A stretch of DNA of 64,000 nucleotides from an uncultured Pseudomonadota bacterium (lineage in GTDB: Bacteria; Pseudomonadota; Gammaproteobacteria; Burkholderiales; SG8-39), in the NCBI GenBank assembly GCA_963739205.1, contig CAVTZJ010000004.1, positions 322,369 to 386,368 on the forward strand, read 5' to 3'. The notes below the pieces were generated by a model. That model was not told the DNA's origin. It worked only from the letters and a program-made list of their open reading frames with translations, and ran no database searches. This document shows, one piece after another, positions 53,398-62,611 of the stretch (within the stretch, counting starts at the first letter, position 1; each line of letters opens with the position of its first letter). Position numbers and translations under genes: made by a program.

Positions 53398-54186
53398 ATG
53401 GAACTGGGCCTGAAAGACAGATGCGCCCTGGTCACCGGCGGCAGCATGGGTATCGGCAAGGCCGCCGCGCTCGAGCTCGCCGCCGAGGGCTGCCGGGTCG
53501 CGATCGCCGCGCGCGGCAGCGAGGCGCTCGCGCAAGCCGCCGAGGAGATCCGGCGTCACGCGCAAGGCGAAGTGCTCGCCGTACAGGCGGACTGCACAAA
53601 GCCCGCCGAGGTCCGGCGCATGGTCGGCGAAGTGCTCGCGCGCTTCGGACGCATCGACGTGCTGGTCAACAGCATCGGCGCGGCGAAGTCCGGGCATTTC
53701 CTGCACCTGACCGAGGAGGAGTGGCGCGAGAGCCTCGAGTTGAAGCTGTTCGGCATCGTCCACTGCTGCCGCGAGGTCATCCCGCACATGCAGCGCCAGC
53801 GCTGGGGGCGCATCGTGAACCTCATCGGGCACCGCGGGCGCCAGCCCGAGGCGCAGGCCATGCCGGCGGGCGTCGCCAATGCCGGCCTGATCAATCTCAC
53901 CAAGGCGCTCGCCGACGAGTTCGTCAGGGACGGCATCCTGATAAACGGGGTGAGCCCCTGTCCCATGCAGACACGGCGGCTCGAGTACATGGTGAAGGCG
54001 AAGGCCTCGCTGATGAACATCTCCGAGGATGCGGCGCGCGAGGAATTCCTGCGCGACATCCCCATCGGCCGCTTTGCGCAGCCGGAGGAGATCGCGCCGC
54101 TGATCGCCTTCCTCGCCTCCGCGCGCAACACTTATATCAGCGGCACCACCATCAGCATCGACGGAGGCGCCACGCGCACCGCATGA
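53398..54186 (+). CDS. Short-chain dehydrogenase/reductase (FabG-like)
   Basis: VTGGSMGIGKA is the TGxxxGIG motif. 262 aa. Confidence 0.8.
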   Translation: MELGLKDRCALVTGGSMGIGKAAALELAAEGCRVAIAARGSEALAQAAEEIRRHAQGEVLAVQADCTKPAEVRRMVGEVLARFGRIDVLVNSIGAAKSGHFLHLTEEEWRESLELKLFGIVHCCREVIPHMQRQRWGRIVNLIGHRGRQPEAQAMPAGVANAGLINLTKALADEFVRDGILINGVSPCPMQTRRLEYMVKAKASLMNISEDAAREEFLRDIPIGRFAQPEEIAPLIAFLASARNTYISGTTISIDGGATRTA

Positions 54187-54719
54187 AAAAGAGAAGCCTT
54201 CCGCTCGCGCGCGTCTACCGGCTGCTCGAGCCCGGACCGGTGGTGCTGCTGACGACCGCCCGCAAGGGGCGGACGAACGTCATGACGATGTCCTGGCACA
54301 CGATGCTGGAATTCGAGCCGCCGCTGGTCGGCTGCGTCGTCAGCAACCGCAACTTCAGCTTCGACATGCTGCGCGCGACGCGCGAGTGCGTGATCAACAT
54401 CCCGACGGTGGAGCTCGCCGCGCAGACGGTGCGCGTCGGGAACTGCTCGGGCGGGACTAGAGACAAGTTCGCCGCCTTCGGGCTGACGCCCGTCCCGGCC
54501 GCGCGCGTCGCCGCGCCGCTGATCGAGCAGTGCTACGCGAATCTGGAGTGCAAGGTCGCCGACACTCGCATGGTCGAGAAGTACAACTTCTTCGTGCTCG
54601 AGGTGGTGAAGGCCTGGATCGATCCGGCGCGCAAGAACCCGCGCACGATTCATCACCGCGGGATGGGCGTCTTCATGGTGGCCGGCCGGACGATGAGGCT
54701 GCCTTCACGGATGAAATGA
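54183..54719 (+). CDS. Flavin reductase-like domain protein
   Basis: ATG 54183 overlaps the SDR stop (ATGA). PGPVVLLTTARKGRTNVMTMSWH is a typical flavin-reductase block. Confidence 0.75.
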   Translation: MKKRSLPLARVYRLLEPGPVVLLTTARKGRTNVMTMSWHTMLEFEPPLVGCVVSNRNFSFDMLRATRECVINIPTVELAAQTVRVGNCSGGTRDKFAAFGLTPVPAARVAAPLIEQCYANLECKVADTRMVEKYNFFVLEVVKAWIDPARKNPRTIHHRGMGVFMVAGRTMRLPSRMK

Positions 54720-55518
54720 GCATGCCGCGGCGCGCGGCGACGATCTCGCCTTCGGCGAGCGGCCGCCAGCCCGGCTCGGCGGTGAGCGGGACGCTGGCTG
54801 CGAGGACCACGTGCTGCTCGCCTCCGCTTGCGGATTCGATCGACAGCCCTTCTGCGACCAGTCTCCCTTCGCCGGCAGGGCAGCGCCGCGCGAGCAACCA
54901 GAGTCCCGGGGCACGCACGCGGCCGTCGGGCTGCGAACGGCGGTCGCCGTGCGCGAACAGCGCATCGCCGTCGGCGTAGAGGAAGTTGGCGGGCCCCAGC
55001 GTGCGGATTTCGCGCGCAAAGCGGGCGACGAGCGCGAGGCGCCTCTCGAGCGGCGGCACGCCGCGCGCGCCGCGCCACAGCTTGCGCAGCCGCTCCAGCA
55101 GCGCGCAGAAGGCGTGCTCGGAATCGGTCTCGCCCACCGGCCGGCAAGCGCCCGGCGCGAATTGCGCGCGCAAGCGCCTGGGCGCGAGATGGCCGTTGTG
55201 CGCGAACACGTGCATCGCGCCGCCGAGCTCGCGCACGAAAGGCTGGCAGTTGCGCAGCGCGAGCGCGCCCTGCGTCGCCCTGCGGATGTGGCTGAGCACC
55301 AGCGAGCTCGCAAAGGCGTTGTCGCGGATGAAGCGCACGCAGGCGCTGTCGGCCGCAGGACGGGTGTCCTTGAACAGCCTCACGTCGCGCTCGGCGTAGT
55401 ACGCGATGCCCCAGCCGTCCTTGTGCGGCCCGGCGAGCCCGCCGTGGCGCGAGAATTCCTCGAGCGAAAGGTTGACGTCCGCTTCGAGGCGGCTCGACAT
55501 GGCAAAGAGCTCGCACAT
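54673..55518 (-). CDS. Class II (Ntn) glutamine amidotransferase, YafJ-like
   Basis: The internal ATG gives MCELFAMSS. HKDGWGIAYY and SHIRRAT...NCQPF blocks. Confidence 0.75.
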   Translation of the reverse strand: MCELFAMSSRLEADVNLSLEEFSRHGGLAGPHKDGWGIAYYAERDVRLFKDTRPAADSACVRFIRDNAFASSLVLSHIRRATQGALALRNCQPFVRELGGAMHVFAHNGHLAPRRLRAQFAPGACRPVGETDSEHAFCALLERLRKLWRGARGVPPLERRLALVARFAREIRTLGPANFLYADGDALFAHGDRRSQPDGRVRAPGLWLLARRCPAGEGRLVAEGLSIESASGGEQHVVLAASVPLTAEPGWRPLAEGEIVAARRGMLISSVKAASSSGRPP

Positions 55519-55629
55519 GGCAGTCGCGATGGTCGTCCAGGTGCCGGCCCCCGGGGTTGATCTAGCGCAAAGGCGCCGGAGCACGCGCGGCTAGGCTTGG
55601 TCCATCGGATTCTCAGCGGTAGAACGCAC

Positions 55630-56124
55630 ATGGCACAAGTCCAAGCCGAATCGAAGGCGCCCTCGCACGCGCAGAGCTTCACGCTGACGCTCGAGCAGGA
55701 GCAGGGCTACGAGTTCCGCGTCAAGTTCGACTGGCCCGCAGTCCCGGAGCTGGTGCTGGACGAGCCCGAGCCGCTCGGCGGGAAGCGCGGCCCGAATGCC
55801 GCGCGGCTGGTCGCTGCCGCAGTGGCGAACTGCCTGTCGGCGAGCCTCGTGTTCTGCATGCAGGGCAAGTTCAAGCAGAAGCCCGGCCCGCTGAAAGCCC
55901 GGGTGACCGGCACGCTCGAGCGCAACGAGCGCGGGCGCTACCGAATCGCAGGCATCGACGTCGCGATCGCGCTGTCGGACGAGGCTGGCGCGATCCAGCA
56001 TTTCGACCGCTGCGCCGAGCAGTTCGAGGACTTCTGCATCGTCACCGAGAGCATTCGCAAGGGCATTCCCGTTTCGGTCAAGGTGACCGACGCCGCGGGC
56101 AAGCTCGTGCATCAGAACGGCTGA
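55630..56124 (+). CDS. OsmC-family protein
   Basis: NAARLVAAAVANCLSASLVFCM and EDFCIVTESI carry the two OsmC Cys residues. 164 aa. Confidence 0.75.
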   Translation: MAQVQAESKAPSHAQSFTLTLEQEQGYEFRVKFDWPAVPELVLDEPEPLGGKRGPNAARLVAAAVANCLSASLVFCMQGKFKQKPGPLKARVTGTLERNERGRYRIAGIDVAIALSDEAGAIQHFDRCAEQFEDFCIVTESIRKGIPVSVKVTDAAGKLVHQNG

Positions 56125-57360
56125 TCAGCGCTCGGGCTCCGGAAAGCGCCCCATGCGCCACAGGCCCGGGAAGAGGCGCGTCCAGCTCAACGCGACCAGC
56201 ATCGTCGCGACGCCGCCCACCACCACCGCCGGCACCACGCCCCACCAGGCCGCGGTGACTCCCGACTCGAACTCGCCCATCTCGTTGGAAGCGCCGATGA
56301 ATACCGCGTTCACCGCGCTCACCCGCCCGCGGATCGCGTCCGGCGTGGCGAGCTGCACGAGCAGGTTGCGCACGTAGACGCTCACCATGTCGGCCGCGCC
56401 GAGCACGAACAGCGCGGCGAGCGACAGCCACAGCAGCTTCGAGACGCCGAACACCACGGTCGTGGCGCCGAAGACGGCCACCCCGCCAAACATCCAGCGC
56501 CCGACGTGGCCCTGGATCGGACGCAGGGCGAGCGCGAGGCCGCACAGCGCCGCGCCCAGCCCCGAGGCGGTGCGCAGGAAGCCCAGGCCCGCCGGGCCGA
56601 CGTGCAGGATGTCGGAAGCGTACGCGGGCAGGAGCGCCGTCGCGCCGCCGAACAGCACCGCGAACAGGTCCATCGAGATCGCGCCGAGGATCACCGGGCG
56701 CGAGCGCACGAAAGCGAGCCCGGACAGGAGGTTCTGCCAGCTAAGCGGCGCGCGCCCCGGCGCCGCGCCGCCCACCACGCGCGCGGCGAGCATGAGTGCC
56801 ACCGCCGCGGCGAGCAGCAAGGCGACCGCGACGTACACGCTCTCCGCGCCGGCGAAGTAGAGCAGACCGCCGAGCGCAGGCCCCGTGATGCGCGCCACCT
56901 GCATCGCGGAGGAGTTGAGCGCGACCGCGTGGCCGTAGCTTTCTGCCGGCACTACGTTCGGCAGCAGCGCCTGCGCGGCAGGCATCGAGAAGGCGCGCGC
57001 GATGCCGAACAGGCTCATGATCGCGAACACCGGCCACACCAGCGCGGCGCCGAAGCGCGAATAGAGCGCGAGCAGGAGCGCGCCCGCCGCCTGCAGCGCG
57101 AAGCAGGCCGCCGCGATGCGTCGCCGGTCGTAGTGGTCCGCGGCGTGCCCGGCGGGCAGGATGAGGACGACGAACGGCAGGAACTGCGACAGGCCGATGA
57201 GGCCCAGGTCGAGCGGAGCGTGCGTCCGCTCGTAGACCTGCCAGCCGACAGCCACGACCAGCATCTGCTGGGCGAGCGTGCCGAGCACGCGCGCCGCGAG
57301 GTAGCGGCCGAAGCCGCCGTGGCGCAGCACGCCGAACCCGGGCCCGGCCGCGCGCGCCAC
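56125..57360 (-). CDS. MFS transporter
   Basis: 411 aa with 12 hydrophobic segments. GTG start 6 nt after the sucD stop. Confidence 0.75.
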   Translation of the reverse strand: MARAAGPGFGVLRHGGFGRYLAARVLGTLAQQMLVVAVGWQVYERTHAPLDLGLIGLSQFLPFVVLILPAGHAADHYDRRRIAAACFALQAAGALLLALYSRFGAALVWPVFAIMSLFGIARAFSMPAAQALLPNVVPAESYGHAVALNSSAMQVARITGPALGGLLYFAGAESVYVAVALLLAAAVALMLAARVVGGAAPGRAPLSWQNLLSGLAFVRSRPVILGAISMDLFAVLFGGATALLPAYASDILHVGPAGLGFLRTASGLGAALCGLALALRPIQGHVGRWMFGGVAVFGATTVVFGVSKLLWLSLAALFVLGAADMVSVYVRNLLVQLATPDAIRGRVSAVNAVFIGASNEMGEFESGVTAAWWGVVPAVVVGGVATMLVALSWTRLFPGLWRMGRFPEPER

Positions 57361-57366
57361 GGAGCG

Positions 57367-58251
57367 CTACTTGAGGACCGACTTGAGCGTCTTGCCCATC
57401 TCGGCGGGGTTGCGCGTCACCTTGATGCCGCAGGCTTCCATCACGGCGAGCTTCTCCTGCGCGGTGCCCTTGCCGCCCGAGATGATCGCGCCCGCGTGCC
57501 CCATCCTCTTGCCCGGCGGCGCGGTGATGCCGGCGATGAAGCCGACCACGGGCTTCTTCATGTTGTGCTTGACCCACTCGGCGGCGGTCTCCTCGTCCGA
57601 GCCGCCGATCTCCCCGATCATCACCACCGCATCGGTGCCCGGGTCGTCGTTGAACAGCTTCATCACGTCGACGTGCTTCAGCCCGTTCACCGGGTCGCCG
57701 CCGATGCCGACCGCGCTCGACTGGCCGATGCCGAGCTCGGTGAGCTGGCCGACCGCCTCGTAGGTGAGCGTGCCCGAGCGCGACACCACGCCCACGCGCC
57801 CCTTCTTGTGGATGTGGCCCGGCATGATGCCGATCTTCAGCTCGCCCGGCGTGATCACGCCCGGGCAGTTGGGACCGACCAGGCGCGTGCGGCGGTTCTG
57901 CTTGCGCATGCGGTCGCGCACCTCGATCATGTCGCGCACCGGGATGCCCTCGGTGATGCAGATCACGAGGTCCAGGTCGGCCTCGACGGCTTCCCAGATC
58001 GCCGCCGCGGCGAAGGGCGGCGGCACGTAGATCACCGACACCGTGGCGCCGGCTCTCTCCTTTGCGTCCTTCACCGTCGCGTAGATGAGAATGCCCTCGA
58101 AGTTCTCGCCCGCCTTGTTCGGGTTGACGCCCGCGACGTAGCAGGCGCGCCCGTTCGCGTACTCGCGGCTGGTGCGGGTGTGGAACTGGCCGGTCTTGCC
58201 GGTGATGCCCTGCGTGATGACGCGCGAGTCCTTGTTGATGAGGATGCTCAT
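57367..58251 (-). CDS. sucD: Succinate--CoA ligase subunit alpha
   Basis: [24 protein letters not shown]..., SRSGTLTYE and GHAGAII. 294 aa. Confidence 0.92.
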   Translation of the reverse strand: MSILINKDSRVITQGITGKTGQFHTRTSREYANGRACYVAGVNPNKAGENFEGILIYATVKDAKERAGATVSVIYVPPPFAAAAIWEAVEADLDLVICITEGIPVRDMIEVRDRMRKQNRRTRLVGPNCPGVITPGELKIGIMPGHIHKKGRVGVVSRSGTLTYEAVGQLTELGIGQSSAVGIGGDPVNGLKHVDVMKLFNDDPGTDAVVMIGEIGGSDEETAAEWVKHNMKKPVVGFIAGITAPPGKRMGHAGAIISGGKGTAQEKLAVMEACGIKVTRNPAEMGKTLKSVLK

Positions 58252-59498
58252 TTCTTCTTCCTCTTCGCTTTCTTGGCCGGCTTCTTCAATGCCTTCTTCT
58301 TCACCGGTTTCTTCTTTGGCTTCGCCTTCGGCTTCTTCTTCTTCACCGCCGCGACGGCCTTCTTCGCCGCATCCGCCATGTTGTCGGCCGAGATGATCGG
58401 CAGCCCGGAGTCCTTGAGGATCTTCTTGCCGAGGTCCTCGTTGGTGCCTTTCATGCGCACCACCAGCGGCACCGCGAGCTTGACCTCCTTCGCCGCGGCG
58501 ACCACGCCCTCGGCGATGGTGTCGCATTTCATGATGCCGCCGAAGATGTTGACCAGGATCGCCTTCACCTTGCGGTTGGAGAGCATGATCTTGAACGCGG
58601 CGGTGACCTTTTCCGCGGTCGCGCCGCCGCCGACGTCGAGGAAGTTGGCCGGCTCGCCGCCGAACAGCTTGATCGTGTCCATGGTGGCCATCGCGAGGCC
58701 CGCGCCGTTCACCATGCAGCCGATCTCGCCGTCGAGCGAGATGTACGACAGGTCGTACTTCGACGCCTCAATCTCCAGCGGATCCTCCTCGTCCAGGTCG
58801 CGCATGGCGACGATCTCGGGGTGGCGGAACAGCGCGTTGTCGTCGAAGTTCAATTTCGCGTCGAGCGCGATCACCCTGCCGTCGCCGGTGAGAACCAGCG
58901 GGTTGATCTCCGCCAGCGACGCGTCGGTCTCCCAGAAGCACTTGTACAGCGCCTGCAGCAGCTCGCGCGCTTGCCCGACCGAAGCGTCGGGAACGCCGAT
59001 CTGACGCGAGATCTCTTCCGCTTCGCCATTCGTCAGCCCGGTCGCGGGATCGATGAAGACCTTGCGGATCTTCTTGGGCGTCTTCGCCGCGACCTCCTCG
59101 ATGTCCATGCCGCCTTCGGACGAGGCCATCAGGCACACGCGCTGGGTGCCGCGGTCGACCACCATCCCGACGTAGAGCTCCTTCCTGATGTCGGCGCCCT
59201 CTTCCACCAGCAGCCGCCGCACCTTCTGGCCTACCGGGCCGGTTTGATGAGTCTTCAGTTGCATCCCCAGTATCGAAGACGCGAATTTTCGAACCTCGTC
59301 GAGCGACTTCGCGACCTTCACCCCGCCGCCCTTGCCGCGCCCGCCGGCATGAATCTGCGCCTTCACTACCCAGACCTTGCCGCCGAGCTTCTGCGCCGCG
59401 GCGACCGCCTCGTCGGCCGAGAAGCACGGCACGCCGCGTGGCGTCGCGACGCCGTACTTCCTGAATAGCTCCTTGCCCTGGTATTCGTGAATCTTCAT
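58248..59498 (-). CDS. sucC: Succinate--CoA ligase subunit beta (ADP-forming) with a ~30-aa lysine-rich C-terminal extension
   Basis: [17 protein letters not shown]... is a full SucC core. It ends in ...[40 protein letters not shown], and the stop overlaps the sucD ATG (ATGA). Confidence 0.9.
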   Translation of the reverse strand: MKIHEYQGKELFRKYGVATPRGVPCFSADEAVAAAQKLGGKVWVVKAQIHAGGRGKGGGVKVAKSLDEVRKFASSILGMQLKTHQTGPVGQKVRRLLVEEGADIRKELYVGMVVDRGTQRVCLMASSEGGMDIEEVAAKTPKKIRKVFIDPATGLTNGEAEEISRQIGVPDASVGQARELLQALYKCFWETDASLAEINPLVLTGDGRVIALDAKLNFDDNALFRHPEIVAMRDLDEEDPLEIEASKYDLSYISLDGEIGCMVNGAGLAMATMDTIKLFGGEPANFLDVGGGATAEKVTAAFKIMLSNRKVKAILVNIFGGIMKCDTIAEGVVAAAKEVKLAVPLVVRMKGTNEDLGKKILKDSGLPIISADNMADAAKKAVAAVKKKKPKAKPKKKPVKKKALKKPAKKAKRKKK

Positions 59499-60058
59499 GC
59501 TGCCTTGTCTCCTCCCATCGGTCCTCGATACCACTTCGGATAGAGCTTGCTCACCGTCTCCGAGCCCGTCTCGAGCGCGATGCAGTGATCGAGCTGGAAC
59601 GGCTTCGTGCCGTCGTCGCGCTCTTCCTTCATCTCGCCCGCGAAAGTCTGAATCGCCGCCGTCGGCAGCCCGCCGAGCATCTCGGTGATATGCGTGCAGC
59701 CCTGCACGCCGCCGAGCAGCTCGTGCACCTTCTTGCGGAAACCCTGGCGCAGGTTCAGCCCCACGAGCTTCGCGTACTCGGCCGGCGCCTTGTCGCAGCC
59801 GCCCGGGTAGGGCATCGCATCGGTCACCGCCGTCGCCGCTAGCACGTTCATGCGGCGGTCGATGGTGACGCGCACCCGCATCTCGTGGATCGCCTGCCCG
59901 GCGCGGCGCACGCCGGTCTTCAGCTCGTAGTCGTGGTTCTTGACGTCGCTCAGGTGGGCTTCGATGTCCCAATTGCCGTCGGCGCGCTTGTAGCCCTCGT
60001 AGCGCACGCGCCGCGTGTGCGTGAGCTCGCGTTCGACGTCCGGTACCGGAAGGGGCAT
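59495..60058 (-). CDS. DUF2889-like protein
   Basis: Internal ATG 60058. [10 protein letters not shown]...[10 protein letters not shown] blocks recall DUF2889. ATGA overlap with the sucC start. Confidence 0.6.
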   Translation of the reverse strand: MPLPVPDVERELTHTRRVRYEGYKRADGNWDIEAHLSDVKNHDYELKTGVRRAGQAIHEMRVRVTIDRRMNVLAATAVTDAMPYPGGCDKAPAEYAKLVGLNLRQGFRKKVHELLGGVQGCTHITEMLGGLPTAAIQTFAGEMKEERDDGTKPFQLDHCIALETGSETVSKLYPKWYRGPMGGDKAA

Positions 60059-60087
60059 GACGCAGGGAGAGTGCCGCGAAGCGGCGG

Positions 60088-60115
60088 ATTCTAACACCGG
60101 AGCCGCTGCTAGAAT
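60088..60115. promoter_or_regulatory. Back-to-back candidate -10 elements (TAGAAT on each strand) in the DUF2889 / glpK divergent spacer
   Basis: ATTCTA at 60088-60093 reads TAGAAT on the minus strand. TAGAAT at 60110-60115 is on the plus strand, 28 nt before the glpK ATG. Confidence 0.35.
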
Positions 60116-60143
60116 CGCGCGATCCCGCCGGAGCAGGCTACGC

Positions 60144-61655
60144 ATGAAGCACATCCTCGCGCTCGATCAGGGGACCACCAGCTCGCGCGCCATCGTGTTC
60201 GACGAGACCGGCACGCCGCGCGCGTCGGCGCAGCAGGAATTCCGGCAGATCTACCCGCGGCCCGGCTGGATCGAGCACGATCCGCGCGAGATCGTCGCCT
60301 CGCAGCGCGCGGTGGCGCGCGAGGCGGTGCGGAAATCCGGGGTCGAGGCGAAGAGCATCGTCGCCGCCGGCATCGCCAACCAGCGCGAGACGACGCTGCT
60401 GTGGGACCGCCAGAGCGGCGAGCCGCTGCACAACGCGATCGTATGGCAGGACCGGCGCACCGCCGAGCTGTGCGCGCGCCTCAAGTCGGACGGCGCGGAA
60501 GAGCTGGTGCGCGAAAAGACCGGCCTGGTGATCGACCCCTATTTCAGCGGCACCAAGCTCGCCTGGCTGCTCGACAATGTCCCGGGCGCGCGCGCGCGGG
60601 CCGAGCGCGGCGAGCTCGCCTTCGGCACCGTGGACACCTGGCTCGCCTGGAACCTGACGCAGAGCCGCACGCACGTCACCGACCCGTCGAACGCTTCGCG
60701 CACGATGCTGTTCGATATCCGCAGCGGCGACTGGGACGAAGAGCTCCTGCGCCTGCTCGGCGTGCCGCGCGCGATCCTGCCCGAGGTGCACCCCTCGGCG
60801 CACGCCTTCGGCATGCTGCCGCCCTCGTTCGTCGGCGAGCCGATGCCGATCGCCGGCATCGCCGGGGACCAGCAGGCCGCGCTGTTCGGCCAGGGCTGCC
60901 ACCGGCGCGGCATGGCGAAGAACACCTACGGTACCGGCTGCTTCATGCTGCTGCACACCGGCTCCGAGCCGGTGCGCTCGGCGCACGGCCTGCTGTCGAC
61001 CGCCTGCGCGCAGCTCGGGCACGCGCGCGATGCGCGCGACGCCGAGAAGGAGTACGCGCTCGAGGGCAGCGTGTTCGTCGCCGGCGCCGTGGTGCAGTGG
61101 CTGCGCGACGAGCTGAAGTTCTTCGCTTCTTCGGCCGAGGTCGAGCGCCTCGCGGCGAGCGTGCCAGACAACGGCGGCGTGTACGTGGTGCCCGCCTTCG
61201 CGGGCCTGGGCGCGCCGCACTGGGATCCGCACGCGCGCGGCACCATCGTCGGCCTGACGCGCGGCTCGTCGCGCGAGCACCTGGCGCGCGCCGCGCTCGA
61301 GTCGATCGCCTACCAGAGCGCCGACGTGCTCGAGGCGATGCAGAAGGACTCGGGCGAATCGCTCGCCGAGCTGCGCGTGGACGGCGGCGCCGCCGCGAAC
61401 GATCTGCTGATGCAGTTCCAGGCCGATATCCTGGGCGTGCCGGTGGTGCGGCCGCGCGTGCTCGAAACCACCGCCCTTGGCGCCGCGTACCTCGCCGGCC
61501 TGACGGTGAACGTGTGGCGATCGCGCGAGCAGATCGCCGCGCAGTGGCAGGTCGAGCGCCGCTTCGAGCCGCGCATGGCGCGCGCCGAGGCCGCGGCGCT
61601 GCTCGCGCGCTGGCGCGAGGCGGTGCGCCGCAGCCGCGGCTGGGATGCAGGCTAG
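60144..61655 (+). CDS. glpK: Glycerol kinase
   Basis: [20 protein letters not shown]...GWIEHDP...ITNQRETT-like blocks. 503 aa. Confidence 0.92.
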   Translation: MKHILALDQGTTSSRAIVFDETGTPRASAQQEFRQIYPRPGWIEHDPREIVASQRAVAREAVRKSGVEAKSIVAAGIANQRETTLLWDRQSGEPLHNAIVWQDRRTAELCARLKSDGAEELVREKTGLVIDPYFSGTKLAWLLDNVPGARARAERGELAFGTVDTWLAWNLTQSRTHVTDPSNASRTMLFDIRSGDWDEELLRLLGVPRAILPEVHPSAHAFGMLPPSFVGEPMPIAGIAGDQQAALFGQGCHRRGMAKNTYGTGCFMLLHTGSEPVRSAHGLLSTACAQLGHARDARDAEKEYALEGSVFVAGAVVQWLRDELKFFASSAEVERLAASVPDNGGVYVVPAFAGLGAPHWDPHARGTIVGLTRGSSREHLARAALESIAYQSADVLEAMQKDSGESLAELRVDGGAAANDLLMQFQADILGVPVVRPRVLETTALGAAYLAGLTVNVWRSREQIAAQWQVERRFEPRMARAEAAALLARWREAVRRSRGWDAG

Positions 61656-62611
61656 GAAGGTTTGGCGGCGAAGCGCTCGCGCGCGTAGGCGATGCGCGCA
61701 GCCGCGCTGTCGAGGCCCGCGCGGTCGCGCAGCACCGCCTCCAGGCGTGTGCGCAGGCCGGCGCGGTTCGCCATCTGGATCGCGAGTCCGGGCCGCGCGT
61801 TCAGCTCGAGCACCATCGGTCCGAGCTTGCGGTCGAGCACGATGTCTATCCCCTGGTAGCCCAGCCCGGTCAGCTCGTAGCTGCGACTCGCGATCTCGAG
61901 CATCGTCTGCCAGTGCGGAATCTGGATGCCGGACACCGGCACGCCGGTGTCCGGATGCACGTCGACGATGCCTGTGCGCAGCACGGCGGTGAGCGTCCTG
62001 CCGGTCGCCATGTCCACGCCCGTGCCGAGCGCCCCCTGGTGCAGGTTGGCACGCCCGCCCGACTTGCGGGTCGGCAGGCGCACCATCGCCATCACGGGCA
62101 CGCCGAGGAACACGATCACGCGCACGTCCGGAACGCCGCGGTAGGTGACCGCATCGAACACCGGGTCGAAATTGACGCGGTATTCCACGAGCGCCTTGTC
62201 CGGAGTGCCGCCCAGGCTGAAGATGCCGGCGAGGATGTTGGAGATGTGGAACTCGAGCTCGTGCTCGGAGATCGAAGCGCCGTCGATCTTGCGATAGCCG
62301 TCCGGCCCGCGGCCGGTCACCACCACGATGCCCTCGCCGCCCGAGCCGCGCGCGGGCTTGACGACGAACTCCTCGTGCGCGGCGACCTTCGACTTCAGCT
62401 CGCGGATCTGGCGCGGAATCTCGATGATGGCGTACACCTCGGGCACCGAGACGCCGTGCTCGCGCGCCAGCGTCTTGGTGAGCACCTTGTCGTCCACCAG
62501 CGGATAGAAGCGGCGCGGATTCCACGGCAGCATGAACTCGCCGTTGCGCGCGTTGAGGCCGAGCACGCCGCGCTCGCGCAGCGCACCCGCGAGCGCGAAC
62601 AGCCCCATCAT
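61652..62611 (-). CDS. ATP-grasp protein, alpha-L-glutamate-ligase-like (RimK-related)
   Basis: [42 protein letters not shown]... is the RimK-related ligase family that accompanies 7TM/transglutaminase genes. ATGA overlap with the upstream stop. Confidence 0.7.
   Translation of the reverse strand: MMGLFALAGALRERGVLGLNARNGEFMLPWNPRRFYPLVDDKVLTKTLAREHGVSVPEVYAIIEIPRQIRELKSKVAAHEEFVVKPARGSGGEGIVVVTGRGPDGYRKIDGASISEHELEFHISNILAGIFSLGGTPDKALVEYRVNFDPVFDAVTYRGVPDVRVIVFLGVPVMAMVRLPTRKSGGRANLHQGALGTGVDMATGRTLTAVLRTGIVDVHPDTGVPVSGIQIPHWQTMLEIASRSYELTGLGYQGIDIVLDRKLGPMVLELNARPGLAIQMANRAGLRTRLEAVLRDRAGLDSAAARIAYARERFAAKPS

Noticed and set aside
58252-58350. AAG/CTT-rich low-complexity DNA at the sucC-sucD junction, considered as a tandem repeat or insertion remnant.
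   Set aside because: There is no exact repeat unit and there are no flanking direct or inverted repeats. The tract reads in frame with the SucC core, so it is reported as a protein tail in the findings instead.
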